From an uncultured Planctomycetaceae bacterium (GTDB lineage Bacteria > Planctomycetota > Planctomycetia > Planctomycetales > Planctomycetaceae): DNA of 64,000 nt. Made by a program: the position numbers and the translations under genes. The stretch spans positions 704,001 to 768,000 of the forward strand of contig CAWFGE010000013.1 in NCBI GenBank assembly GCA_963815195.1, read 5' to 3'. Position 1 is the stretch's first letter, and the number at the start of each line of letters is the position of its first letter. The notes beneath the pieces were generated by a model. It had not been told where the DNA came from. It saw nothing but the letters and a program-made list of their open reading frames with translations, and searched no databases. This document shows, one piece after another, positions 31,852 through 42,754 of the stretch.

Positions 31852-31935
31852 GGCGAGCGGGAGGCGTCAGCCTCCTGGTCTCTCTCATCAATCTAAGACT
31901 CCACGAAACCAGGAGGCTGACACCTCCCGCTCGCC
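31852..31935. repeat. REP-like inverted doublet, family D
   Basis: GGCGAGCGGGAGGCGTCAGCCTCCTGGT...ACCAGGAGGCTGACACCTCCCGCTCGCC between convergent genes. Confidence 0.85.
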
Positions 31936-31943
31936 CGGTCCAT

Positions 31944-33495
31944 TTACGGACGCAGCCATTTGGGGGCGATCTGGTCGGCTTCGTCCGCGGTGATCAGCCA
32001 TTGCAAGAGCCGATCTTTCATGGCTTGTTCGATGTCTTGATATTTCGGATCGCCGTGGAGGTTTCGCTGTTCGCGGGGATCGGTTTCCAGGTCGTATAAC
32101 TCGGCGAAGCCTTCGGGGTAATAGTTGTATTTCCAGCGGCGGGTGCGGACCATCTTCGCATCGGGATGCCGGACGCCTTTGATGCCTGCCCCCTTTTCAA
32201 AATAAAAATCCAACGACCCGCCGGTGATGACCTCCGGGATGACGTTTTCGCTGAACACCGCCTCGCGGGGAATATATTTCCGATCGCTCGGAGCGATCAA
32301 CGGTGCCAAACTTCGGCCCTGATTTTCATAGGGTTCTTCTAGTCCCGCGAGTTCGAACAGCGTCGGGAGCACATCCACGGCTTCGACCAGATCGTCGTAT
32401 TGCCTCGGCTTCACGCGGCGGGGATAGCGAATCATCAACGGCACGCGGACCGAAGCCTCGAAGAAACAATTCTTCCCCATCAGCCCGTGCTCCAAAAGCT
32501 GGTCGCCGTGATCGGAGCCGAACACCACGATGGTGTTCTCCGCCCGGCCGGTTTGTTTGAGCGCATCGAGGATCAAACCGATCTCGCGGTCCACGTGGCT
32601 GATGGCTCCGTAATAGCTGCGGTAAATCCATAGCAAACGGTCGCGGTCCATGTCGTAGGCCGGGTTGCCGCGGAGGATCAGTTTCTGAAGTGGCAGAGGC
32701 AGTTGTTTGATGCCCGCGAGCGTTTGCGGCTGGGGCAACGGAATCGCAGCCTCGTTATACATCCGATCGAACGGCACGGCACGTCTCAAACGGGGAATGC
32801 GGCTTCCAGAAGGAACTGTAAAGAAAGAACGGCTTGTCCGATTCGGCGAGCAGCTTGAGATAATGCCGCGTCCGGAGCCCAACCCACGTGGTTTCCGAGA
32901 ACTCGTCGGCGATCCGCGCGCGAAACGGGTTCTCGCCCGGCGGAACGTTCTTCTCCAATGCTCGATAGTAGAACTCGTCGGCGTGGGGATCGTGCTCCTT
33001 TCGCCAGCGGGCGTACTCGGAAAACCGATCCAGATTGGACACCCCATCGTGCAATTCCACGAAGTCGAAACCCGTCCGCTTCGCTTCCTCGGGCGTGGGC
33101 GGCCAATAGTGGAGCTTGCCGACGGACGCCGTACTATAGCCCGCTTTCTTCAATCGGGCTTGGATCAGGATTTCGCTGCGGGAGAGGGGCGTGTAGTTCA
33201 CGCGGTTTTTGTGCGAGTGCGGATAGCGCCCGGTGAAAAAACTGACCCGAGAGGGCACGCACACGGGGGCTTGCACGAACATGTGCGTAAAGTTCGCCCC
33301 CTCCGCCGCGAGCCGATCGAGATGGGGCGTTCGGATCAGCGGGTTTCCATTCGCCCCCACACAGTCCCAGCGTTGCTGGTCCGTCATCAGAAACAGAATA
33401 TTGGGTCGGCGTTGTCCTTGCGGGATCGGTTCGGCCGCAGACATTGCGGCCGGCAATAACAGAGAAACGAAGAATGCCAGTCGATGAAGGCTCAT
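31944..33495 (-). CDS. Secreted sulfatase; frameshift ~32780
   Basis: Signal peptide; PNILFLMTDQQR, CVPSRVSFFTG, GKLH, KPHSP, SDHGD, ELYDLETDP. Confidence 0.9.
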
Positions 33496-33626
33496 TTCAA
33501 AAGTTTTCGCAAGCGGAGTGGTTCGGGTAGGATGGCATTGGCTCGCGGCATGCGTTAAAACGATTTTTGGCGCGAGAAACACCATTTGCATCACCAACTG
33601 TGCGGCTTTTAGCGAGAGTTTGCAGC

Positions 33627-34277
33627 ATGACAGACAAGGCAGAGAATCTCAAGCGCGTTTTGGACCGGGGGATTGTGGGAATCATCCGCGCTCCGTCCGG
33701 CGAATTGCTCGCGGATGTGGCGGAGGCGCTTTACGAAGGCGGGATCGACATTATCGAAGTCACCTTTACGGTGCCGGGGATTCTGGAGATCCTCGCCCAG
33801 GTGCAAAAGCGGCTGGGCGGCAAGATCTTGATGGGAGCCGGCTCGGTGCTCGACACCGAAACCGCGCGGGCGGCGATTTTGGCGGGAGCGGAATACATCG
33901 TGTCCCCGACGGTGAAGGTCGATGTCATCAAGATCTGCCAGCGGTACGGCAAGCTGGCGATGCCCGGGGCCTTGACGCCCACCGAAGTCCTCACCGCCTG
34001 GGAAGCCGGGGCGGACATCGTCAAAGTCTTCCCCGCCGACGTGGGCGGCCCTTCGTACCTCAAAGCGCTGCATGGCCCTTTGCCCCAGGTGCGGTTGATG
34101 CCCACCGGGGGCGTGAACCTGGACACGCTGGAGAGCTTCGTCCAAGCCGGTGCCTGCGCGGTGGGCCTGGGCAGTTCGCTCGTGGAAAAAGACGCCGTCG
34201 CCGCGGGAAACCTCGCCCACATCCGCGACCTGGCCGGGCAATATGTGGAGTTGATGAAAAAAGCCCGCTCAAAATGA
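33627..34277 (+). CDS. eda: KDPG/KHG aldolase
   Basis: IEVTF, GAGSVLD, PGALTPTE, VKVFPA, LMPTGGV. Confidence 0.93.
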   Translation: MTDKAENLKRVLDRGIVGIIRAPSGELLADVAEALYEGGIDIIEVTFTVPGILEILAQVQKRLGGKILMGAGSVLDTETARAAILAGAEYIVSPTVKVDVIKICQRYGKLAMPGALTPTEVLTAWEAGADIVKVFPADVGGPSYLKALHGPLPQVRLMPTGGVNLDTLESFVQAGACAVGLGSSLVEKDAVAAGNLAHIRDLAGQYVELMKKARSK

Positions 34278-34362
34278 CGGCCCAAAAGCCCGTTTTGCAG
34301 AGTCCTCCCAAACCCCTTGGTCCGCACGGCGGACCCTATCTCGACGAGAGGGCTTCCCAACC

Positions 34363-34998
34363 ATGTCCCAACACGTTTACACCCGTCTGGGCGGGTTTCG
34401 ATTGACGGTGATTCCGCGGGCACCGTTTCGGATCGAGCGGACCGAAAGCGTCCATGATGCGGTCGATGTGAGTTATCATTCGCCCCGGGGCCGGCTGTTT
34501 GCGCGGTTGATTCCCCACGAGGGCGGCTACAAGAGCCAGATCGATCAACACACGGCGTCGCTTTATGACGTTTTGGACGTCGAGCCCGGGCCGGACCTTG
34601 ACGACTGGCGGCTGAAAACGTCGGTGTTTACCTGCGCCTGGCCGCGGGGCTATGTGCTGGGCTCGAACAACTTCCCGCACGATCCCAGCCCGTTCGATCT
34701 CGTTGGCAAGAACCACGAGATGATCTCGATTCAGCAGCCGCGAAACATGCCAGCGCTCGAAGCCATGTGCGGTCCGAATCAGACGATCGAGCACATCGAA
34801 AAATCCGCCGAGGGCGAATGGATCGACGTCGAGTATTCCCACAACGGCGACGAGTGGATGCAGCGGCACCAAATTGTCGCGGCGGAGGATCTCCGGTTCG
34901 TGGTGAGCCTGCAAGCCCCGAGGCCGCATTTCTCGATGGCCGCGATTGCCGCCCTGCAGGTGGCCCAGAGCATCACGCCCTATGAGGAGGGCGAATAA
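34363..34998 (+). CDS. Hypothetical protein
   Basis: 211-aa ORF with ATG start and typical codon use; no family recognised. Confidence 0.7.
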   Translation: MSQHVYTRLGGFRLTVIPRAPFRIERTESVHDAVDVSYHSPRGRLFARLIPHEGGYKSQIDQHTASLYDVLDVEPGPDLDDWRLKTSVFTCAWPRGYVLGSNNFPHDPSPFDLVGKNHEMISIQQPRNMPALEAMCGPNQTIEHIEKSAEGEWIDVEYSHNGDEWMQRHQIVAAEDLRFVVSLQAPRPHFSMAAIAALQVAQSITPYEEGE

Positions 34999-35035
34999 GC
35001 GGTGCGGACCGTTGTCTCAATGTGTTTCACAATCT

Positions 35036-36205
35036 CTATTGGCCCCGGTCGTAGAGCCAATCGAGCGGGAAGCGGGTGATCTGGGTGGTGTTGAGCCCGC
35101 CCTTGCGGCGGTCGCCGGCGCAGTGGCCCAAGAGCACGTGATCGCCCACGAAGGTCATCGCGGTGTAGCAGTACCAGCCGTTGGGGTCGTCTTCGAGGGT
35201 CTTGATCTTCTCCCACGTTTTGCCTTCATCGCGGGAGACGGCGACGTGGAAGGGCGTCCGCTTGCCTTTGTATTGGGGCTGGACATGGTCGTGGTTGTTC
35301 CAAACCAGTAAGAGATCGCCGGTTTTCGGGATCCGCTCGATCGTCGCGGGCGACAGCGGCGAGCGGATATTCGACGGCTCGAATGGCGACCAGGTATCGC
35401 CTTGGTCCTTGGAGAACGAAACATATTGGCTGCCATGCGGAGTCCGGCAGAACATCATCAACCGGCCGTCTTTCAGTTCGACGACGCCGGGTTCCTGGAG
35501 CGTGATGTTCTCGCCCTTTTGCCGGGAGCGGCTTTGCCGCCAGGTCTTGCCGTTGTCGTCGGACAGAGAACAGCCAATCACGCCCCGGCCGTCGAACTTG
35601 TTTTGCTTCGGCGTATTATGGAGCGCGACGGGCAACAGCAGCCGGCCGTTTTGGAGCTGCACCGCGCGGTCGTTGTTGAGGACGTTGTAGCCCACCTCCT
35701 CGATGCACACGGCGGGTTCGCTCCAGGTTCGGCCTTCATCGCGGGAAATCCGCATCAAGGGCCGGCAGTCGGTGAGCGAGTTCTTGCGGAGATAAAACAA
35801 GGCGATGTCGCCGTTTTGCAGCCTGAGGAGCGAAACGGACATTACATTGAAATCGCCTTCGCGCTCGACGACGACGGTGTCTTTCTCGGACCAGGTTTTG
35901 CCGCCGTCGTCGGAAAAGCGGGCCGCGAGATGCGCCGCCGCGTGATCGCTGCCGCCGCCGGTGAAGTGGCTGTAGATGAACAGGATCCGCCCGTCTTTGA
36001 GTGGAATGAAATCGCCTTCGCTGTTGCGGGGGTTGCCCGGTCCCGGGGGCAGGAGGCGGTTCTTTTGGACGCCCGCGACCTCTTTCACGCGATAAGGCGG
36101 CTCCTCTGCGGCCGCGTGTCCGGCCGCGAAAGTGCACAGGCTCAAAACCACGATCGCGCGGAAGCACCGCGATGGCCGAAGGGAACGGAACGGACCTGTC
36201 ATCAT
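35036..36205 (-). CDS. Secreted sialidase-like (BNR/Asp-box) protein
   Basis: Repeated SxDxGxTW Asp-boxes; RNSEGD, QEPGVVEL, RTP, YCYT. Confidence 0.9.
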   Translation of the reverse strand: MMTGPFRSLRPSRCFRAIVVLSLCTFAAGHAAAEEPPYRVKEVAGVQKNRLLPPGPGNPRNSEGDFIPLKDGRILFIYSHFTGGGSDHAAAHLAARFSDDGGKTWSEKDTVVVEREGDFNVMSVSLLRLQNGDIALFYLRKNSLTDCRPLMRISRDEGRTWSEPAVCIEEVGYNVLNNDRAVQLQNGRLLLPVALHNTPKQNKFDGRGVIGCSLSDDNGKTWRQSRSRQKGENITLQEPGVVELKDGRLMMFCRTPHGSQYVSFSKDQGDTWSPFEPSNIRSPLSPATIERIPKTGDLLLVWNNHDHVQPQYKGKRTPFHVAVSRDEGKTWEKIKTLEDDPNGWYCYTAMTFVGDHVLLGHCAGDRRKGGLNTTQITRFPLDWLYDRGQ

Positions 36206-36266
36206 GCGGCCTCCCGGACGGTCAAAAAAATTGCCAATGTTCGATAGGGAACCTTGGCCCGCCGAG

Positions 36267-37718
36267 CTAATCGGCGAGGCCGCGGAGGTCGCGTTTGAAT
36301 TCCCGTTCGATCTCCGGGATGCGGTCCGTGTGCTTGTCCCAGAGCGATTTCATGGGGTACTTCTCGGGGATCGGCAGGTCGTTGAGGATGTAGGCCTGGT
36401 GCAGATAATAAATCGCCAGCATGGCTTCCTCGATGAGGTTGTCGTCCTGCGTCAAATCGTCCGCCGCCTCGGTTTTTTCCTTTTGGAATTCCTGGAATTT
36501 CTTTTCGAAAAGCTCCAGACCCTCTTGCAGTTTTTTCACCGAGTCGGGCGGGTCGCTGTTCGGGCTCCAGAACTGATCGCCCCGCTTGAACTCCTGGCGC
36601 CCCTCATACATAAGCCGGTGGGCGTTGACCATCGCGGCGTCTTTTTCGATCCGGCCGCGGGCGAGCCAGTAGCGGTAGTTGGTCACGTTTTGGTTTTCGA
36701 CGATCAACTTCGCTTTATCCTCCCTGGTCGCGTGGAAGCCCGCTTCTTTGTCTTCCTTGAGCATCGTGTCGATGTCGCCTTTCGCGGGGTTCAGCCAATA
36801 GATGCCTTTCCCGTCGTACTTGCTGATGAAGCGTTCCTTGCCATATTTGTTGGCCCATTCGTCGTAGGCCCGGTCCCAGGCTTCGCGCGAGCGTTCGCCG
36901 AAGGTGCCTTCGCGGTGGAGGGCGTCGGCCATGTCGAACAGGCACCGCTCGGGATAATGCCGGAACAGTTCCCGCATCATCTGGTGCTGGCCTTTGCCTT
37001 TTTCTTTCTCGACCTCGGCTTCGACTTTGTTGGCCCGGGTGTACCAGGTGCGGGCGACTTCGTAGTTGTCCTGCCCTTCGGGGTTGAGGGCGGGATCGGG
37101 CTTGCCGTCGTATTTGGGATCGGGATCGCTGAGGAAGTATTTGCGGAAGAACCGCCACTCGTCCGACCGGCCGATCTTGTGCCCCGTGCACCGGCCCACG
37201 TCCCAGGGGAGTTCGGCGTAGTTCTGGTTCTGATCGGCGCCGCGCATCGTGAACTTCGTGCCTTCCTTGACCCAGAAATACCGGTCCTTCACATCGTCCC
37301 ATTGGGCCGAGACGTTAAATGCCAAATCCCATCCGTGGTATCGCCACACGTGCAGAAAGTGTGGCTGCAGGGTGATGATCGAATCCGCCGTCGCCCGCAT
37401 CCGGCCCCAATTCTTGGTCCGCTTGAGTTCTTCGTGGCTCATCCAGAGCACGTCGGCGGCGATGCCCCGCTGCCCCAGGAGAACCAGGTTCATCGTGGCG
37501 CTTGACGGATCGACGTTGCCCAGCGTGCTTTCGCCCAGATCGTAATCAACGCGCATCGTGGGCAGGATGCCTCCCGTTTCCGTGTCGGTCGCCGGCGCGC
37601 CCAGCTTGATGGACGCCCACAAGAGCAGCACGATGCCGCCCAGGTAAATCAGCTTCCGCTGCCCCGAAGTCAGCCGGTCCATCGGGCGGGAGAGGTTTCG
37701 CGTGGTTTGGGCCTGCAT
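36267..37718 (-). CDS. Conserved planctomycete membrane-anchored helical protein (family often annotated 'IRE-like')
   Basis: N-terminal TM helix; LGNVDPSSATMNLVLLG, LQPHF.HVWRY.GWDLAFNVS, DRYFWVKEG; third gene of the ABC operon. Confidence 0.7.
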   Translation of the reverse strand: MQAQTTRNLSRPMDRLTSGQRKLIYLGGIVLLLWASIKLGAPATDTETGGILPTMRVDYDLGESTLGNVDPSSATMNLVLLGQRGIAADVLWMSHEELKRTKNWGRMRATADSIITLQPHFLHVWRYHGWDLAFNVSAQWDDVKDRYFWVKEGTKFTMRGADQNQNYAELPWDVGRCTGHKIGRSDEWRFFRKYFLSDPDPKYDGKPDPALNPEGQDNYEVARTWYTRANKVEAEVEKEKGKGQHQMMRELFRHYPERCLFDMADALHREGTFGERSREAWDRAYDEWANKYGKERFISKYDGKGIYWLNPAKGDIDTMLKEDKEAGFHATREDKAKLIVENQNVTNYRYWLARGRIEKDAAMVNAHRLMYEGRQEFKRGDQFWSPNSDPPDSVKKLQEGLELFEKKFQEFQKEKTEAADDLTQDDNLIEEAMLAIYYLHQAYILNDLPIPEKYPMKSLWDKHTDRIPEIEREFKRDLRGLAD

Positions 37719-37720
37719 GT

Positions 37721-39751
37721 TTATTTCGCCTCCAGCTCGCGCAGTCGTAGACTGAAATAGCCGATGAATATACAAGGAAGAAGATAAGCCAGCGTCATCG
37801 CAATCGCGGGCAGGAGCCCGGCGTCAAACGGCACGTCGAACCCGTTCGCCACATAGGGGCCGAGCGAATACACGTTGAAGTTGGGGACGGTCTGATACAC
37901 CGTCCACATCCCGGCGAGAATGACTTTGTCGGTCGCCTTCATCACATAAACGGGCCGCGAATCTTCCAACTGCACGGTCGGGTTTTTGTGCTCGACGATC
38001 CGCACCATCGACTCGATGGCTCCGTAGCCCTTTCCGCCCAGGTCGGTCACCAGCTTCTGGAGGAAGGGATGAAAGGACAAGCCTACGAGAATCAGCGTGA
38101 AGGTGAGCAGCGTCGCCACGGGGCCTTTGACGAAGGTGCTCGCCGTCACCCCCAGCACCACGACCAGAACCAGCATCATCCAGATCCCGCCCACGGCCTT
38201 GGAATAGCCCGAATAAAACTTGCGGTCCGGCGTGCGGATGAATAGGTCCGGCCGGGCCATGCCGACGTATTGACCGGGGTCGAGGCAAAACACCGCCACC
38301 CGCAGTTCGCCGCCGTGGGTCAGATCGTCAAACAGATCCAAATTCTCTTTTTGACTCGCCTCGCTGCCTTCCGACCGATTCTCGAGCGTGCGGGGCACAT
38401 CGTAGATGTTCACTTTGTACTCGCGGACCTCGAACGGCGAAGACTCCGATTGCAGGTTGACGATGTGCTTGGACAACGCGGCGCTGTGCTCCTGGAACAA
38501 CTGGCCCAACGCGTCGAACTGGGCGGCGAGCGCTTCTTTGTCGCGATCTCGGGCGGCTTGGGACGCGGCATTCGCCGCCGACACAAATTCGCCCGCCGAC
38601 TCGAAATCGTCCCCGTCGGCAAACGGCTCCATGATGTGAGCCAAGCGGCGAAACCGCAGCCGGAACGCGTCATACATCTCCTCTGAGGCCTTGATGCCGC
38701 CGGTTTTCAGTTTCAGGCCGTTGCCCTTGGCCCGCAGTTCGCGGCCGGCGTCGGCAAAGTTGCCCTGGGCGATTAAATCGCTGAGCTGCTGGAACTCGCT
38801 GTTTCCGGTAAACAGGTGGGCGATTTGCGTCCGCAGGTCCTTCAAAAACTTGAACTGCACCAATAGGCCCTGGCCCATCGTGCCTTTCCACGTGCGGAAG
38901 GCTTCGAAATGCGACTCCAACTGGAGGACCTTGCGGGTCTCCATCTTGCCGGTGATGGGATTTCGCTCCTCCACGGCCACGAGTTTGGCCGGCGTGACAT
39001 CGTCGAAGGTCCAGATCGCGCTGGCTTTGCTCGCCCCTTCGATATAGCTGCGGAATTCCCAGATGTCGCCCGTGTTCACGCCTTTGCCGGGATTGCCTTC
39101 CCGGTTGGTGAATTCGAGAGAGCCGTAAATCGGCACGCGGGAGACCAACTGCGATTGCGCCTCGGGGGGGACCTGGCGGATGATCCAGAAATATCCAATG
39201 AACCCCATCACGGCCAGAATCAATGTGCCGATCGCGGAAAAGCCCAGAATCCGGCCCATCACGACTTCGCTCCGCCGGGCCGGTTTCGTGACCACGGTGT
39301 GCAGCGACCGCTGCTTGATGTCCTGGGGCAAACCCCAACACGCCAAGAGCAACACGACCGGGATCGTCAGAAACGCCACGGTCTTGAGCACAAAGTTGAT
39401 GTGCACCGAGGCTTGCAGTTCGGGCCGCTCTCCCGAGGAGGTCATAAACCAGCTGCCGAACATGAACAGCAGCGCGAACACCACAAATACCAATAGGGCC
39501 TTGCGGCGGATGGACTCGCGGATCACCAGTTGCGTGATCGCCCACACCCGGCGGGGCGAGACCAAGACCAACTCCCCAAAGCCCCGCTTGAGGTGTCCCC
39601 ACATTTCTCGGGGCGCCCGGCGGAAGCCCACGGTGGCCACCGCCACGAAAAACGAAACAACCATCGCAACGGCCAGGAACAACCCCAGGACGATGCCCCA
39701 CCGGGCCAGTCCTCCAAGGATGTCGTACGGTGTCGGGTCAAAGCGAAGCAC
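37721..39751 (-). CDS. ABC-2 type transporter permease with large extracytoplasmic domain
   Basis: TM helices at both ends; LPQDIKQRSLHTVVTKPARRSEVVMGR; follows the ABC ATPase. Confidence 0.85.
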   Translation of the reverse strand: MLRFDPTPYDILGGLARWGIVLGLFLAVAMVVSFFVAVATVGFRRAPREMWGHLKRGFGELVLVSPRRVWAITQLVIRESIRRKALLVFVVFALLFMFGSWFMTSSGERPELQASVHINFVLKTVAFLTIPVVLLLACWGLPQDIKQRSLHTVVTKPARRSEVVMGRILGFSAIGTLILAVMGFIGYFWIIRQVPPEAQSQLVSRVPIYGSLEFTNREGNPGKGVNTGDIWEFRSYIEGASKASAIWTFDDVTPAKLVAVEERNPITGKMETRKVLQLESHFEAFRTWKGTMGQGLLVQFKFLKDLRTQIAHLFTGNSEFQQLSDLIAQGNFADAGRELRAKGNGLKLKTGGIKASEEMYDAFRLRFRRLAHIMEPFADGDDFESAGEFVSAANAASQAARDRDKEALAAQFDALGQLFQEHSAALSKHIVNLQSESSPFEVREYKVNIYDVPRTLENRSEGSEASQKENLDLFDDLTHGGELRVAVFCLDPGQYVGMARPDLFIRTPDRKFYSGYSKAVGGIWMMLVLVVVLGVTASTFVKGPVATLLTFTLILVGLSFHPFLQKLVTDLGGKGYGAIESMVRIVEHKNPTVQLEDSRPVYVMKATDKVILAGMWTVYQTVPNFNVYSLGPYVANGFDVPFDAGLLPAIAMTLAYLLPCIFIGYFSLRLRELEAK

Positions 39752-39823
39752 GGATCAAACCACCTGCTTGTGATAAACGATGAAATGCGAATGAATGCGA
39801 GATATTTTTGTAATCAATTGGAA

Positions 39824-40751
39824 TCAGGAGCCCGCCGCGTGCCCGTTGCCCTTGGTCGCGGCTTTTTCTTCGCTGGGGACAAACCGCCGGCCGGGCCGTT
39901 CCTGGCTTTCGCGGACGGTGCTCAGGAACAAATCTTCCAGGCTCGTCGTGGGATGATCCACATTGAGCAGTTTCGCCCCGTGCTTTTCCAGGACCCCCTT
40001 GACTTCTTCAATGACCTCGTCGCTCAACTGGCTGGTCACCAACTGCGTTTCGCCTTGGGATTTCAGCAGAATCCTCGAACTTGCCCAGCACCTTGAGCTC
40101 GCCCGCGTACAAAATCGCGATGCGGTCGCAGACATCCTGCACGTCCGGCAGAAGGTGGCTGCAAATCACCACGGTCTTGCCTTCTTCCCGCAGCTTGAGG
40201 ATCAGGTCCTTCATCTCTTTCCGGCCGATGGGATCGAGGCCGCTCGTCGGTTCGTCGAGCAGCACCAGATCGGGATCGTTCACCAAAGCCTGGGCCAACC
40301 CGATCCGGCGGGTCATCCCCTTGGAGTATTCCTTGAGCTGCCGCCGGCGAGCCCCTTCCAGGCCGACCAGTTTGATCAACTCCCGCGAGCGTTCGCGGCG
40401 GAGCGACTTGGGCATATTGAACAAACGCCCATAGAAATCCAGCGTTTCCTCGGCGTTCAAAAAGCGGTACAGGTAGGATTCTTCCGGGAGGTAGCCGATG
40501 TGCTCGTTCTTGGCGACGTTCGTGGCCGGCTGGCCGAGGACGCTGATTTCCCCCTCGGTGGGGAACAACAGGCCGAGCAGCAGTTTCATCGTGGTGGTTT
40601 TGCCGGAACCGTTCGGGCCGAGCAGTCCGAAGACCTCGCCTTTGTTGACGGACAAAGTCAGCGAGTTGACGGCCCGGACCTTTCGCCGGCCCCAGAAATC
40701 CCGGTAATCTTTCGTCAGATTCCGGATCTGAATGACAGGTTCCGCTTGCAT
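39824..40751 (-). CDS. ABC transporter ATP-binding protein; frameshift ~40070
   Basis: Walker [10 protein letters not shown], signature YSKGM, Walker B LLDEPT, SH switch; C-terminus SLEDLF in the adjacent frame. Confidence 0.92.
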
Positions 40752-41082
40752 GGATGACCTTTGGAGGAAATGAGAACGCGAAAATTAGGAACGAAAGATA
40801 ATGATAATCAGGTCGCCGGGATTTCTGGACGATGCGATCGCGGCGGGAAAGGAACCAAGGAAAAAACGCAATCGCAATAGGGGCGCCCGGATTTACGTCG
40901 GAAATGGGTCATGTGTTGGAAAGAAGTTGGGTAGGCGGGGAAATCTATCAGAAAACCACGATCCTCCCGCTGCGTGAATTGGTCAGGCACCCCATACGGA
41001 GTTTCCTCGCGGAGACTGCCCTTATTTCAATCTAAACACCTTCCCTACCCATTTCAAGCGCCCCTCGCGGGGATTAGAAGAA

Positions 41083-41330
41083 CATTCCAAAGAGCCGCGC
41101 CCATTCCGAAGAGCCGCGCCCGTTCCGAAAGAGCCGCGCCCATTCCGAAGAGCCGCGCCCATTCCAAAGAGCCGCGCACGAAGTAAGCGGATTTCTGGAA
41201 CGAAAGTTTTCTGAAACCGCTTACTTCGTGCGCGGCTCTCGTTCTTCGTTTCTGAAACCGCTTACTTCGTGCGCGGCTCTCGTTCTTCGTTTCTGAAACC
41301 GCTTACTTCGTGCGCGGCTCTCGTTCTTCG
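41083..41330. repeat. Tandemly amplified family A REP cluster (5 x 19-20 bp plus 3 x 41 bp)
   Basis: (CATTCCRAAGAGCCGCGCC)x5 at 41083-41178 running into a full arm; (TTTCTGAAACCGCTTACTTCGTGCGCGGCTCTCGTTCTTCG)x3 at 41208-41330. Confidence 0.92.
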
Positions 41331-41343
41331 TCGTTGCGCCTCG

Positions 41344-42240
41344 TCAAAACCTGGCCTGCCGTTGGGCGAGGTATTCCACGAGGGCTTTGTCGAAAGGCAG
41401 ACTGGTGTCCAAGGCGACGTAATCCGCCCCGACGGAAAAACACTCCTTCTTGTAACGGTCGCGAAGCTCGTTCACGGCTTCCAGGTAATCCACCCGCATG
41501 CCCTCCGCATCGAGCACCAGCGACTCGCCCGTCTCCGGATCCTTCAAATCGACCATCCCCTGAAACGGAAAATCCACCTCCGCCTCGTCCAAGATGTGAA
41601 ACACGATCACATCGTGCCCGGCGTGCCTGAGCAAATGCAGGCTTTCGATGACCGCGTCGGTGTCGGTGAGCAGATCCGAAAACAGCATCAAGAGGCTGCG
41701 GTGCTTGATCATCGCGGCGATGCGGCGGAGATTCTGGGCGACTTCGGTGCCTCCCGTCGGCCGGGCCCGGGACAAGACGGCCAAAATATTGCCGAGCTGC
41801 GTGCGTTTGCTCCGCGGCGGCAGGCTGGTTTGGATCGTCTCGCCGAAGGTCAACAGACCGATTGGATCCTGCTGATGGATCATCAAATACCCCAAGGCCG
41901 CGGCGAGGCAGACCGCGTAGTCGAACTTCGTCAGCTCCTGGCGGTAGGTGTAGCCCATGCTCTCGGAGAGATCGAGCAGGAGATACCCCGTGATGTTGGT
42001 TTCCGCCTGGTATTTTTTGATGTAATAGCGGTCCGTCTTCGCATAGACGAGCCAATCGATGTCCTTGATGTCATCGCCCTGGGAATACCGGCGGTGCTCG
42101 CTGAACTCCACGCTAAAACCCTGAAACGGACTGGCATGCAGCCCCGACAGAAAGCCCTCCACGATAAACCGGGCCCGCAAATCCAGCCGGGATACGGTGT
42201 GAATGACTTCGGGTTTGAGATATTGTTCCGCACTGGGCAT
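41344..42240 (-). CDS. DUF58 domain protein (cytoplasmic, vWA-like)
   Basis: VEGFLSGLHASPFQGFSVEFSEHRRY..GDD..IDW.VYAKTDR; LLDLSESM. Confidence 0.93.
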   Translation of the reverse strand: MPSAEQYLKPEVIHTVSRLDLRARFIVEGFLSGLHASPFQGFSVEFSEHRRYSQGDDIKDIDWLVYAKTDRYYIKKYQAETNITGYLLLDLSESMGYTYRQELTKFDYAVCLAAALGYLMIHQQDPIGLLTFGETIQTSLPPRSKRTQLGNILAVLSRARPTGGTEVAQNLRRIAAMIKHRSLLMLFSDLLTDTDAVIESLHLLRHAGHDVIVFHILDEAEVDFPFQGMVDLKDPETGESLVLDAEGMRVDYLEAVNELRDRYKKECFSVGADYVALDTSLPFDKALVEYLAQRQARF

Positions 42241-42306
42241 GATGGGGCTTCTTGGTAGCTGAGGCTTCCGGCTGCCGTGGATATTCGCGTCTTTTCACCC
42301 ACAATG

Positions 42307-42368
42307 AGCCCGAAACGCGAGCGAGGGGCATTGGAGCAGATTTCAATCCCTCCCTTGCGATTCGGGCT
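42307..42368. repeat. REP-like inverted doublet, family E
   Basis: AGCCCGAAACGCGAGCGAGGG...CCCTCCCTTGCGATTCGGGCT. Confidence 0.75.
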
Positions 42369-42754
42369 GGTGTTGGAATGGGTTCCGAGGGCCTTCTGCA
42401 TTTATAGCAGCCCGGTAACTCAATCGGCAATCCGGCGAACCCGAAAACGTATTTCCGAACGTCGATGCGAACACCTGCGGGGGCTGAAGGGCCAGTTGGC
42501 AAAAAACTGAAGAAGACGCCGGGTTTATTGTTGACACCCGCGCAGCAATCGGGCAGGATAAATTGATCTGCAATCTCTCACCCCACCCCTGCATCAAAAA
42601 CGGACGGATTTCGGTTTTTCAATTGCAACAACGGATTGCGAGTTCGAGCGTTTCCCCAGTCAAACACAAATCAATCACATAGATTCGACATCCCGCCAGA
42701 TATTCTTCGTTGAATGTTTCGATGAGCTAATCCCATCTCATTTGGTCCCGTGCC

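Noticed and set aside
41083..41330. Possible CRISPR array
   Set aside because: The repeats are head-to-tail with no unique spacers, derive from the dispersed family A palindrome, and no cas genes are present.
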